Origin: a virus
Lineage: Duplodnaviria; Caudoviricetes
Reading direction: 5' to 3' (one strand)
DNA length: 55,018 nucleotides
Virus record (IMG/VR): IMGVR_UViG_3300032220_001325
Span: 1-55,018 of that record
In this document: positions 21,628-29,510 of the stretch, piece by piece
How positions within the stretch are numbered: position 1 is the first letter of the stretch
How the letters are laid out: the number at the start of each line of letters is the position of its first letter
Notes under the pieces: model-generated
What the model saw: only the letters and a program-made list of their open reading frames with translations
Told to the model about the DNA's origin: nothing
The model's database searches: none
Position numbers and translations under genes: made by a program

Positions 21628-23256
21628 ATGGCAAAGTTCAGAAATCAGAATCTCAGAAGTTCGCTTGCTAGTATGCAGCCAAAATCTGAGTTGGTTGAGG
21701 CGGTAGCAATACCAAAGCCAGACACCACAAATCGTCAAGGTCATGCAGCTTATTCACTTGATAAGTGGTTAAAGCTCTTGACAATGTTAAACACTCTAAA
21801 GCTAGAGAATCAGTTCTATCGTTCTGAAAATGAAACGATGAAGGAATTAAAAACCCTAGTTGATGGATGTGCTAAGGAAGACACATACTTAACTGCACAG
21901 TGTATAGTATACTCTCGTTGCGTTGGTGAAGGTATGCGTTCAATTAACCATCTTGCAGCTTCTTATTTAGCACCACACTGTGCTGGACAAGATTGGGCTA
22001 AAAGATTCTACGGTCTTTGGAACAAGAAAACAAAGTCAGGAGGTACATTATTCCGTCCAGATGACATGGCAGAAATACTTGCATGTTTCTCTGCAATGAA
22101 TAAGACAGCAGTAACTAACTCAATGAAAAAAGGTTTCCGTTCTGCTCTTGAGAGTATGGATGCTTACTCTTTACTAAAGTACAAGAGTTCATTGATCGAC
22201 GTTATCAACCTTGTTCACCCAAGTCCAAAGAATGCGAAAGCTATCGTTGAAGTAAACGGAGAAAGAATTTCAGCTATCGACGCAATAATGAAAGGATTAT
22301 CTGTTTCAGCTGATACTTGGGAAGTTGCACAATCTGACGCAGGTCAAGAAGTTGCAAAAGCAGTTAAGGAGGGTAAGATTGATAAGGACGAAGCAGAAAA
22401 GATCCTAAAGGAAGCTAAGGCTGAAAACTGGGATTCATTATTAACCGAAGGAAAACTAGGTATAATGGCTGCTTTACGTAACATCAGAAACATCCTTAAG
22501 ACTGATGCAAAATCTAAAACAGTTGATTCTCTTTGTCAATTGGTTTCAGATCCAGAAGCAATCAGAAAGGGTAAGATTATGCCATATCAAATGGATTTAG
22601 CACACGAGGTGACTGTTTCAGAATTCAGCAATGCTGATTCTCGTAAAATAGCTCAAGCTTTGTTAAAAGGATTTGAAGAAGCAATTCCAAACCTTGCTGA
22701 AATGCTTCCAGGAAGAACACTAGTAATGGTTGACTTCTCAGGATCTATGGGTACACCAATGACAGATGGAACAAGATCTGGAAAACGTTACAGAAGCACT
22801 TGTATGGATAAAGCAGCTTTAATAGCGGCAACTATCGCAAAAGGTACAAATGCTGATGTTATCAGATTCGGTTCTTCAGCAGAATACGTGAATTGGAACG
22901 CTAACTCAGACGTTTTCAGTATCGCTAAGAACATGAAAAGAGATATGGGAGGAACTTCACTAGATTCTGCTTGGAGAGAAGCTCAAAGATCTGGACGTAA
23001 ATACGACCGTGTTTTCATCCTATCTGATAACGAATGTAACAGAGGATCTAGCTACAACTCTTACATGAGCTATGTAAAAGCAACCGGAAGCCCATACGTT
23101 TACTCTGTAGACTTAGCAGGTTACGGTACTACACAACTCGCAGGAGATAAAGTTAGATACTACTACGGATACGGTTACACTATGTTCGATGACATCGCTA
23201 AAAGCGAATTCAATCCGAACTATCATCTAGAAAAGGTGAAACAAATCGTCATCTAA
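21628..23256 (+). CDS. rsr: TROVE-domain Ro60/Rsr-like RNA-binding protein (paralog 2)
   Basis: TTNRQGHAAY N-terminus, DVINLVHP, DTWE, MAALRNIRN, KIMPYQ, vWA MIDAS DFSGSM, ILSDNE. Confidence 0.88.
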   Translation: MAKFRNQNLRSSLASMQPKSELVEAVAIPKPDTTNRQGHAAYSLDKWLKLLTMLNTLKLENQFYRSENETMKELKTLVDGCAKEDTYLTAQCIVYSRCVGEGMRSINHLAASYLAPHCAGQDWAKRFYGLWNKKTKSGGTLFRPDDMAEILACFSAMNKTAVTNSMKKGFRSALESMDAYSLLKYKSSLIDVINLVHPSPKNAKAIVEVNGERISAIDAIMKGLSVSADTWEVAQSDAGQEVAKAVKEGKIDKDEAEKILKEAKAENWDSLLTEGKLGIMAALRNIRNILKTDAKSKTVDSLCQLVSDPEAIRKGKIMPYQMDLAHEVTVSEFSNADSRKIAQALLKGFEEAIPNLAEMLPGRTLVMVDFSGSMGTPMTDGTRSGKRYRSTCMDKAALIAATIAKGTNADVIRFGSSAEYVNWNANSDVFSIAKNMKRDMGGTSLDSAWREAQRSGRKYDRVFILSDNECNRGSSYNSYMSYVKATGSPYVYSVDLAGYGTTQLAGDKVRYYYGYGYTMFDDIAKSEFNPNYHLEKVKQIVI

Positions 23257-23266
23257 CAGTAAAAAT

Positions 23267-23296
23267 AAAAAGAGGGACTTAAACCTCCCTCTTTTT
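23267..23296 (+). terminator. Intrinsic terminator after TROVE gene 2
   Basis: AAAAAGAGGGA-CTTAAACC-TCCCTCTTTTT. Confidence 0.7.
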
Positions 23297-23300
23297 AAAA

Positions 23301-23409
23301 TATCCAAGAGATCGGCGGGTGGATACGCAGCTTTGAATGGAGCAGGAGGTAATGACAAACTGGTTCGACCAGGAAAAACTTCGAATGGGTTCGAATCCCA
23401 GCTTGGATA
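23301..23409 (+). ncRNA. tRNA-like RNA with two TTCGA loops and no standard anticodon loop
   Basis: TATCCAAG/CTTGGATA stem, GCG-GGTGGATA-CGC, GCTTT-GAAT-GGAGC, CTGG-TTCGA-CCAG, TGGG-TTCGAAT-CCCA. Confidence 0.5.
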
Positions 23410-23438
23410 CAAAAAGAGTTCTTTGAATTATTAAAATA

Positions 23439-23568
23439 TTATCGGGTAGCAACGTAAAGGTTACTTCTTAGCTCAGCGGTTGAGCAATTTACTTTAATTA
23501 AATCGGTCGCGGGTTCGATTCCCGCAGAGGCGCGCAAGCGTTACACCTTTGCAATTTTCTCCTGATAA
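23439..23568 (+). ncRNA. Handle RNA 5: D-AC-T cargo with handle replacing the acceptor end (anticodon TTA)
   Basis: TTATCGGG-TAGCAAC-GTAAAGG-TTACTTC; GCTC-AGCGGTT-GAGC; ATTTA-CTTTAAT-TAAAT; GCGGG-TTCGATT-CCCGC; CACCTTTGC-AATTTTCT-CCTGATAA. Confidence 0.8.
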
Positions 23569-23573
23569 ACTTA

Positions 23574-23713
23574 TTGAAGCAATAGCAATCTAAATCGTTA
23601 CTTCGACTGTTAATCGAGAGGTCATGGGTTCGAGTCCCATATCCAACTCTCAGAGTCTGGATTAGCTCAGCTGGCAGAGCGCTTATTACGATTGGAAATT
23701 TTCTTTGCTTTAA
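23574..23713 (+). ncRNA. Handle RNA 6: circularly permuted tRNA-Asn(GTT)-like cargo
   Basis: TTGAAGCAA-TAGCAA...TTACT; TCGA-CTGTTAA-TCGA; ATGGG-TTCGAGT-CCCAT; capped acceptor ATCCA...TGGAT; TAGCTCAGCTGGCAGAGC; AATTTTCT-TTGCTTTAA. Confidence 0.82.
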
Positions 23714-23716
23714 CTT

Positions 23717-23863
23717 ATTGGAACGTAGCAAGATTAGAGTTACTTCGCATACATAGGTTCGAATCCTATATTTGCCTTCGGGCAGATTAGACAAGTGGAT
23801 AAGTCGATCGTCTCATAAACGATTATACAATGATTACTCTCTATTCGATATTCTCGTTCTAAT
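23717..23863 (+). ncRNA. Handle RNA 7: permuted tRNA(CAT) opened at the variable loop
   Basis: ATTGGAACG-TAGCAA-GATTAGAG-TTACTTC; ATAGG-TTCGAAT-CCTAT; ATTTGCC-TTCG-GGCAGAT; GAC-AAGTGGATAA-GTC; ATCGT-CTCATAA-ACGAT; GATATTCT-CGTTCTAAT. Confidence 0.82.
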
Positions 23864-23868
23864 TTTAT

Positions 23869-24022
23869 AGTCAGATGGCGGAATGATAACAACCCCGTTC
23901 TAGAGGTAAAAATAATGTGGTTAGAATCCACTACGGGGTCAATGTTAACTTGGTAGACGCTAATGAGGATAACTGCTAACGTGGTACGCTTATCCATACA
24001 GGTTCGAGTCCTGTTCTGACTA
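23869..24022 (+). ncRNA. Leu-scaffold tRNA-like RNA with ~65-nt D-loop insertion
   Basis: AGTCAGA/TCTGACT acceptor; TGGCGGAA...TGGTAGACGC D arm; ACAGG-TTCGAGT-CCTGT T arm; insert ACCCCGT...GTGG-TTAGAAT-CCAC-T-ACGGGGT. Confidence 0.6.
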
Positions 24023-24023
24023 C

Positions 24024-24163
24024 AAAAGATGATAGCAATGGACAAGGTTACTTCAGCGTGAATAGCTCAGTTGGTTGAGCGTTTATTTTGGGAATAAAAG
24101 GTCGCAGGTTCAACTCCTGCTTTATGCAATAAAAATACACCTTTCCGATTTTCTTCATCTTTT
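24024..24163 (+). ncRNA. Handle RNA 8 enclosing a complete tRNA-Pro(TGG)-like cloverleaf (24056-24128)
   Basis: AAAAGATGA-TAGCAAT-GGACAAGG-TTACTTC; GCGTGAA/TTTATGC acceptor; TTTAT-TTTGGGA-ATAAA; CACCTTTCC-GATTTTCT-TCATCTTTT. Confidence 0.8.
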
Positions 24164-24168
24164 ACTTT

Positions 24169-24249
24169 GCCCAAGTGGTGTAATGGCAGCCACGTATGCC
24201 TTAGGAGCATATGTCGTAAGACGTGCCGGTTCGAGTCCGGCCTTGGGTA
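24169..24249 (+). tRNA. tRNA-Leu(TAG)
   Basis: TATGC-CTTAGGA-GCATA; variable arm GTC-GTAA-GAC. Confidence 0.93.
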
Positions 24250-24263
24250 CAAAAACTTCATAT

Positions 24264-24695
24264 ATGAAAGCTATAATCAAAACAGCAAAAGGTGACATGA
24301 CCGTAGAATTTTTCTCGGAAGATGCACCAAAGACAGTTCAAAATTTCGTTGACCTAGCAAACAAGGGATTCTACAATGGATTGAAATTTCATAGAGTAAT
24401 CCCTAATTTTATGATTCAAGGCGGATGCCCTAATGGAAACGGAGCTGGAGGACCTGGGTATACTATTCCATGTGAGCTTGATGGTAACAATCAATATCAC
24501 GACAAAGGAGTTCTTTCAATGGCTCATGCAGGAAGAAATACAGGGGGATCACAATTCTTTATATGTCATAATAGACAAAATACACAACACCTAGATAGAA
24601 ATCATACATGTTTTGGTAAGGTAGTAGAAGGATTAGAAGTAATCGATGCTATTGGCCAAAATGATATGATAAATTCTATAGAAATTATTAATTAA
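24264..24695 (+). CDS. ppiB: Cyclophilin-type peptidyl-prolyl isomerase
   Basis: [33 protein letters not shown]; likely start at ATG 24264. Confidence 0.92.
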   Translation: MKAIIKTAKGDMTVEFFSEDAPKTVQNFVDLANKGFYNGLKFHRVIPNFMIQGGCPNGNGAGGPGYTIPCELDGNNQYHDKGVLSMAHAGRNTGGSQFFICHNRQNTQHLDRNHTCFGKVVEGLEVIDAIGQNDMINSIEIIN

Positions 24696-25265
24696 GTGAA
24701 AATTATATTCTTAGATCACGATGGAGTAATTTGTCTTTCACAACAATTTGGAGGAAGATTCAAAAAGCAGATTAAGGCTAGAAAAAAGCTTTCGCAATCT
24801 GTTATGGAATTTCACGTGAGCTGTAGATTTGATAATTTTGATAAGAAAGCAATTAAGGTTTTAAACGAAATCTTAGAAGAAACAGGAGCAGAAATAGTAG
24901 TATCGTCGGATTGGAAAAACTGGGCAACTGTTCAAGAGATGGGGGAATACTACGAAGAGCAAGGAATCATTAAAAAACCTATTGACTTTACTCCATGGTC
25001 ATATACTCTCCCTAAAACAATTGAATGGCATCCAGACTGGGATCTAGAAGGATCAAGAAGTCTAGAAATTCAAGAATGGCTAAAAAATCATCCAGAAGTT
25101 ACTAATTGGGTGTCTATTGACGATCTAGATATGAGTTTTAAAGAGATATCTTCTAATAGAAGTGGTACAGGATGGGGGTTAACTAACTTCGTACACACTC
25201 CAAGAATTACCGAGGGAATTAAGCAAATCGGTATAAAGGAAAAGATATTGAAATTTCTTAAATAA
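24696..25265 (+). CDS. HAD-family phosphatase (RNA-repair-associated HAD_SAK type)
   Basis: IIFLDHDGV, IVVSSDW, RSLEIQEWL, WVSIDD motifs. Confidence 0.75.
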   Translation: MKIIFLDHDGVICLSQQFGGRFKKQIKARKKLSQSVMEFHVSCRFDNFDKKAIKVLNEILEETGAEIVVSSDWKNWATVQEMGEYYEEQGIIKKPIDFTPWSYTLPKTIEWHPDWDLEGSRSLEIQEWLKNHPEVTNWVSIDDLDMSFKEISSNRSGTGWGLTNFVHTPRITEGIKQIGIKEKILKFLK

Positions 25266-25272
25266 TCATATT

Positions 25273-26481
25273 ATGCGTATCTATAAACCTAAAAACAGGT
25301 ACTATCCTAGCGTTATAAATATAACAAGCGCCTGGGGAGATATACCTACAATAATTGGAGATATTATAGATACCTTTGACATAAGGAATGACAAATGTCT
25401 AGAATTTGGTGTAGAGTATGGATTTTCAACATCTGCATTATCTAACCACTTTAGGTCTGTAATTGGAGTAGATACTTTTGAAGGAGATGAGCATTCAGGG
25501 ATTAAAAATGATCACCTTGATATAACTACTGAAAATCTAAAGGAATATCAAAATATCACATTAGTTAAATCCGGATACAAGGAATGGATTACAGATAGGG
25601 AAGAATTTTTTGATTTAATTCATATTGATATTATACACGACTATGAACACACATACGAATGTGGTGAATGGTCAGTACAACATTCACCAGTTACTATATT
25701 TCACGATACAGTCAGTTTTCCTGATGTAATGAATGCTTGTAAGGATCTGTCTGAAAAATACGGTCTTGAATTTTGGAACTATCCTTATTCTAATGGACTT
25801 GGTATTTTAGTTAATCCCAGACTACTTCCTATGAAATGGACTATAGGTTGGATATCTCACAACAAAGAAGCATTTGATAATTATTTACTCCCAGCATTAT
25901 CTAGAGCTAGCGGTAATTTCAATACCATCCACACGGACGATATTTTAAATCCAGCAAAGAACTATAATAATATAATAGACAACTGTAAAACTAGATGGCT
26001 AATACTTTGCCACGAAGACATATCTTTTTCACATGATCTTTTAGAAAGAATTGAGACATCAATAAGCCTCTGGGGTAAAAAAGATTTTGTATTTGGAGGA
26101 ATAGCAGGTCCGGAAAAATACGGGAAGGTGATAAAATCTAGAAAAAATGTATCAGATAAAATATTAACCACTGATTGCTGTTTTATAGTTATAGACACAA
26201 ATAACTCGGTTAGATTTGATGAAGATACTTTTGATGATTTTCATTTGTACGTGGAGGATTTTTGTATACAATCTGTGAATAATAAAAATGGATACGGATC
26301 TTTAATATTGTGTGATTTTCTAACGGGGAATCAATGGAGATCTATAGATCAAGAAAATAAATCCTCTTGGATATACCATGCAGGATATACGGTTTCACAG
26401 AGAGGATATAGCTGGGGAAGATACCATGAATATAGGGCGAGGCTAAGAAATAAATGGGGAGAGGGTATACAAACAACATAA
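25273..26481 (+). CDS. Class I SAM methyltransferase / glycosyltransferase-like fusion
   Basis: CLEFGVEYGFS, DLIHIDIIHDYE, IFHD; C-half LILCHEDI, FDEDTFDDFHLYVEDFC. Confidence 0.7.
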   Translation: MRIYKPKNRYYPSVINITSAWGDIPTIIGDIIDTFDIRNDKCLEFGVEYGFSTSALSNHFRSVIGVDTFEGDEHSGIKNDHLDITTENLKEYQNITLVKSGYKEWITDREEFFDLIHIDIIHDYEHTYECGEWSVQHSPVTIFHDTVSFPDVMNACKDLSEKYGLEFWNYPYSNGLGILVNPRLLPMKWTIGWISHNKEAFDNYLLPALSRASGNFNTIHTDDILNPAKNYNNIIDNCKTRWLILCHEDISFSHDLLERIETSISLWGKKDFVFGGIAGPEKYGKVIKSRKNVSDKILTTDCCFIVIDTNNSVRFDEDTFDDFHLYVEDFCIQSVNNKNGYGSLILCDFLTGNQWRSIDQENKSSWIYHAGYTVSQRGYSWGRYHEYRARLRNKWGEGIQTT

Positions 26482-26570
26482 TATATCACCTAATTTTCCA
26501 AATAAATTAGGAAAACATTTTTTATTCTAGTTAGAATCTTCTACATTTACACTAATAAATACAGGAGATT

Positions 26571-27188
26571 ATGAAAAAGTTCATCTTAATTTTACTTACA
26601 CTTCAGTCAGTAATCTGTAATGCACAGATACCTAAAGACGTAGAAATTCTTGAGATAAAGTTTTTAACTAGCTCTACTGATTCACTTATCTGTGATCTGG
26701 ATAAAAGCAATCCTAATAGCTTGAAGAGACTTCCAATCTTGGATTCTGCAGCTAAGCATCACGCTGAATATTTAATTATGCACTACATCAATACGGATTC
26801 TCTTACACACAGGGAATATGTAAACTACCCGAATTTTGTAGAAAAAGTAAAAGCTGAGGATCGCACAGGTTTTAAAAATCAAACATCCGAAATTTGTAAT
26901 GTTATAACAAAATCTGCTTTAACTAATCCAAGGATTATAAAGAAATCTTATCAGGATATTCTTCGACTACGTTTTTCATATAAAGAGATATTAAAAGACT
27001 ATCGAGATTCTCCATCACATTGGTCTATAGCTACTGATAAAAGATCTAAATATGCAGGATCATGCACTGTTATGGTTTTATATAAAACTACAAGAGGCCT
27101 AACAAAAGATCAAATAGACAAAGGCTTCGTTAACATAGTATACAATAATTTCAACGTAACTGTTTTTATCGAAGACCCTAAGAAATAA
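26571..27188 (+). CDS. Secreted CAP/SCP-like domain protein
   Basis: Signal peptide MKKFILILL; LDSAAKHHAEYL, SEI, SPSHW motifs. Confidence 0.6.
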   Translation: MKKFILILLTLQSVICNAQIPKDVEILEIKFLTSSTDSLICDLDKSNPNSLKRLPILDSAAKHHAEYLIMHYINTDSLTHREYVNYPNFVEKVKAEDRTGFKNQTSEICNVITKSALTNPRIIKKSYQDILRLRFSYKEILKDYRDSPSHWSIATDKRSKYAGSCTVMVLYKTTRGLTKDQIDKGFVNIVYNNFNVTVFIEDPKK

Positions 27189-27214
27189 AAAAGCCCCTAT
27201 ATAGGGGCTTTTTT
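27187..27214. terminator. Bidirectional terminator
   Basis: AAAAAAGCCCCTATATAGGGGCTTTTTT between convergent genes. Confidence 0.85.
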
Positions 27215-27235
27215 ATTAGAGATTGATATTCCTTA

Positions 27236-28618
27236 TTACCACTTAGGGCAAGGAACTGCTTTTCTTTTCCCTCCGCCTTTTGGTGGAGAATAATGCTTAG
27301 TTTTAGTCTTAGATCTTCTTGGAAAATCTATAGAGATATCTCTCTTAGGTTTCATTGGGAAAGCTATAGCAGTTGTATATTTTTCAGTTACAGTTATAAT
27401 TGGTGGAACTGGTTCAGGTTTTGTTTTATCCTCTCCTGATAATACAAATGAACCTTCCATAGTTATTTGAAAAAATCTAAATGGATCATAATCTTTTGGA
27501 CTAGAAGGTGCTTTATCTACAGCTGAACCATTAACATTCTTAGCTTTTACCTTTTTTGGTTCTGTACCTAAGATTGGTGCTCCGTTTTCTCCAGGTGTAA
27601 TATCTACAACATTAATCATTGTAAGATCCCCACCCTTTACATCTACGAATTGAGATTTAGTACCCTTCTTTACATAGTATCCTTTTCTAACTGTTTCTCC
27701 AGCATCATTTTTATCAGGATCAGGACCAGAAGATCCATCTCCATTAGATCCAAAGTATCCTAATTGTGTTACTGATAAAATCTTATCAACAAATTCTTTG
27801 TCGTTTTTAGATACTTTTTCTGCTGATGCTTTTATGTATTTAGAGAAAACACCAACTCTTTTATATGCTAATTCTGCCCATGATAGATCTACCGCAGTTC
27901 CTGTATTTCTATATCTTGAGCATGAAGCTTCTATATTGATTTTAGTGATTCCTCCATTCTTATCTTCATTATAAGCAAGATATCCTTCTGCTATTTTTTG
28001 ATCTATTAAATCTAAAACCTGCTTAGTATATTCAATGTCAGTGAATGTTTCTCCTAGGTTGTCTTCCTTGATCTCATACATATTATTCTTGAAAAAATAA
28101 GATGTTTTTAAAGGATCAATAAGAACGATCTCTTCTTTTTTTGTAGGCTTCTCTACATCTTCAGGTTTACCTGGCTCTTCCTTTTCTATAGTCTTTTTTG
28201 TAACTATGACATAAACATTTTGTATACTACCTGAATATTTTACAGAATGCTTAGTTGAGCCTTGATTTACTTCTTCTTGAAATAATTTTACTATCTTATC
28301 AAACACCCTCTTCTTTATGCTTTTTTTACCAAAAGCTTTTTGTATGTCTGATATAGCCTTACCCTGTAGATCTTCGCTTAACGAATTAAAAGATTCTAGA
28401 GAGCCCCAGATTTGTTTATCAGTTTTACCAGCTTTTTGGAATTTCTTTTCGCCGAACTTAGATTTATAGTTTTCTCCTATTTTTTCTTGTATTTCTAGGA
28501 TATTAATTATATCTTCTTTAGTAGGGATGAAAGATTCTTTTTCCTCGTTTATTAAGTCTTCATTATAGTAGCTTTCATTGATAAATTCAACAAAGCTAAA
28601 AACCTTTTTAGATATCAT
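27236..28618 (-). CDS. Hypothetical protein with capsid-targeting-like N-terminus
   Basis: 460 aa; KVFSFVEFINES; GATATATA upstream on minus strand. Confidence 0.75.
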   Translation of the reverse strand: MISKKVFSFVEFINESYYNEDLINEEKESFIPTKEDIINILEIQEKIGENYKSKFGEKKFQKAGKTDKQIWGSLESFNSLSEDLQGKAISDIQKAFGKKSIKKRVFDKIVKLFQEEVNQGSTKHSVKYSGSIQNVYVIVTKKTIEKEEPGKPEDVEKPTKKEEIVLIDPLKTSYFFKNNMYEIKEDNLGETFTDIEYTKQVLDLIDQKIAEGYLAYNEDKNGGITKINIEASCSRYRNTGTAVDLSWAELAYKRVGVFSKYIKASAEKVSKNDKEFVDKILSVTQLGYFGSNGDGSSGPDPDKNDAGETVRKGYYVKKGTKSQFVDVKGGDLTMINVVDITPGENGAPILGTEPKKVKAKNVNGSAVDKAPSSPKDYDPFRFFQITMEGSFVLSGEDKTKPEPVPPIITVTEKYTTAIAFPMKPKRDISIDFPRRSKTKTKHYSPPKGGGKRKAVPCPKW

Positions 28619-28730
28619 GCTTTCTTTTTTCTTTTATATATCTCTAATTGGCTGCAGTTTCTTTTAAAAAAAGAGGGATGAAAAAATTCAGGAAAAAATA
28701 ATAAATATTTTTTTATTTGATAAAAGACCG

Positions 28731-28767
28731 TACATTTGTGAAACTTTTCAATAAGGAAGATATATAA
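28731..28767 (+). promoter_or_regulatory. Tandem promoters for tRNA array 3
   Basis: TACATTTG at 28731 and GATATATAA at 28759, same 28-nt offset as at array 1. Confidence 0.62.
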
Positions 28768-28803
28768 CAAACAAAACAACAGGAAACTGTAAAAAAGAAA
28801 GAA

Positions 28804-28905
28804 ATGAAATTCTGTAGTAAACATAACATCAATCGCACGATTAGCCAGAATAAAGGCTATCAAGGGATGGCGTTTTGGGCCGTGAAAGAGCCCGATCGAA
28901 GTTAA
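28804..28905 (+). CDS. Leader peptide of tRNA array 3 (MKFCSKHNINRTISQNKGYQGMAFWAVKEPDRS)
   Basis: Contains all 16 amino acids served by the downstream array; Ser only AGY, Ile only ATY, Arg only CGN, no Leu. Confidence 0.85.
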   Translation: MKFCSKHNINRTISQNKGYQGMAFWAVKEPDRS

Positions 28906-28967
28906 CTACGGATATTGAGAAAAATATTTTGTACAAAAGGCTTCGATCAAAAATCGAAGCCTTTTTT
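28894..28967 (+). terminator. Attenuator 3 (antiterminator/terminator)
   Basis: Terminator AAAAGGCTTCGAT-CAAAA-ATCGAAGCCTTTTTT (28935-28967); GATCGAAGTT (28894-28903) pairs with GGCTTCGATC (28939-28948). Confidence 0.82.
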
Positions 28968-28970
28968 ATT

Positions 28971-28982
28971 GTTCTTTGACAT
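28971..28982 (+). promoter_or_regulatory. boxA antitermination site
   Basis: GTTCTTTGACAT. Confidence 0.7.
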
Positions 28983-28994
28983 ACTGGAAACTAC

Positions 28995-29070
28995 GGGGGT
29001 GAAGCTAACTTAGTAGAAGCGCTAGTCTGAAAAACTAGAGGATGCGGAGCGTAACCGCACACCCCCACCA
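28995..29070 (+). tRNA. tRNA-Phe(GAA), atypical T-loop
   Basis: CTAGT-CTGAAAA-ACTAG; T loop AGCGTAA; encoded CCA. Confidence 0.85.
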
Positions 29071-29133
29071 TGATAAACTAGATTTTGTCATGATAAACCA
29101 TATAGGTTTACTAAAACAAAATCAGGTTTACTA
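29069..29133. repeat. Paired 10-bp direct repeats with 20-bp period
   Basis: CATGATAAAC at 29069 and 29089; AGGTTTACTA at 29104 and 29124. Confidence 0.6.
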
Positions 29134-29134
29134 T

Positions 29135-29207
29135 GATCTCGTAGCTTAGTTGGTAGAGCACTATACTTTTAATATAGGGGTCGAGAGTTCGAATCTCTCC
29201 GGGGTCA
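29135..29207 (+). tRNA. tRNA-Lys(TTT)
   Basis: CTATA-CTTTTAA-TATAG. Confidence 0.92.
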
Positions 29208-29215
29208 CTTTAAAT

Positions 29216-29288
29216 TGTCCTATAGCTGAGTTGGTAAAGCACCTGGCTCTTAACCAGGGGATCTCCGGTTCGATCCCGGATGGGACAA
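29216..29288 (+). tRNA. tRNA-Lys(CTT)
   Basis: CCTGG-CTCTTAA-CCAGG. Confidence 0.9.
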
Positions 29289-29301
29289 CTAAATTTTATA
29301 C

Positions 29302-29374
29302 ACGTCAGTAGCTCAATTGGTAGAGTGACGGTCTCCAAAACCGTAGGTTGTAGGTTCGATTCCTACCTGTCGTG
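29302..29374 (+). tRNA. tRNA-Trp(CCA)
   Basis: ACGGT-CTCCAAA-ACCGT. Confidence 0.92.
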
Positions 29375-29380
29375 CTAAAT

Positions 29381-29505
29381 GGGGAAGAAGCTAAATGGAA
29401 AAAGCTCTTTCGGTATTCTTCAGCAATGATAGCAATGAATAGAGATACATCGCAAATCACTGTAAATGATCAAATAGGACGGTTCGAATCCTCCCTTCCC
29501 CACCA
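29381..29505 (+). ncRNA. Handle RNA 9: tRNA-Tyr(GTA)-like RNA with the handle inserted as a hairpin between D and anticodon arms
   Basis: GGGGAAG/CTTCCCC-A-CCA; insert CTCTTTC-GGTATTCT-TCA-GCAA-TGA-TAGCAAT-GAATAGAG-ATACATC; ATCA-CTGTAAA-TGAT; TTCGAAT T loop. Confidence 0.75.
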
Positions 29506-29510
29506 CATTT

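Noticed and set aside
23439-24163. Repeated GTTACTTC units as a CRISPR array
   Set aside because: Repeats are not identical, spacing is irregular, inserts are tRNA-like and no cas genes are present.
28615-28863. 82-aa minus-strand ORF
   Set aside because: Low-complexity translation of a divergent promoter region that overlaps leader 3 on the opposite strand.
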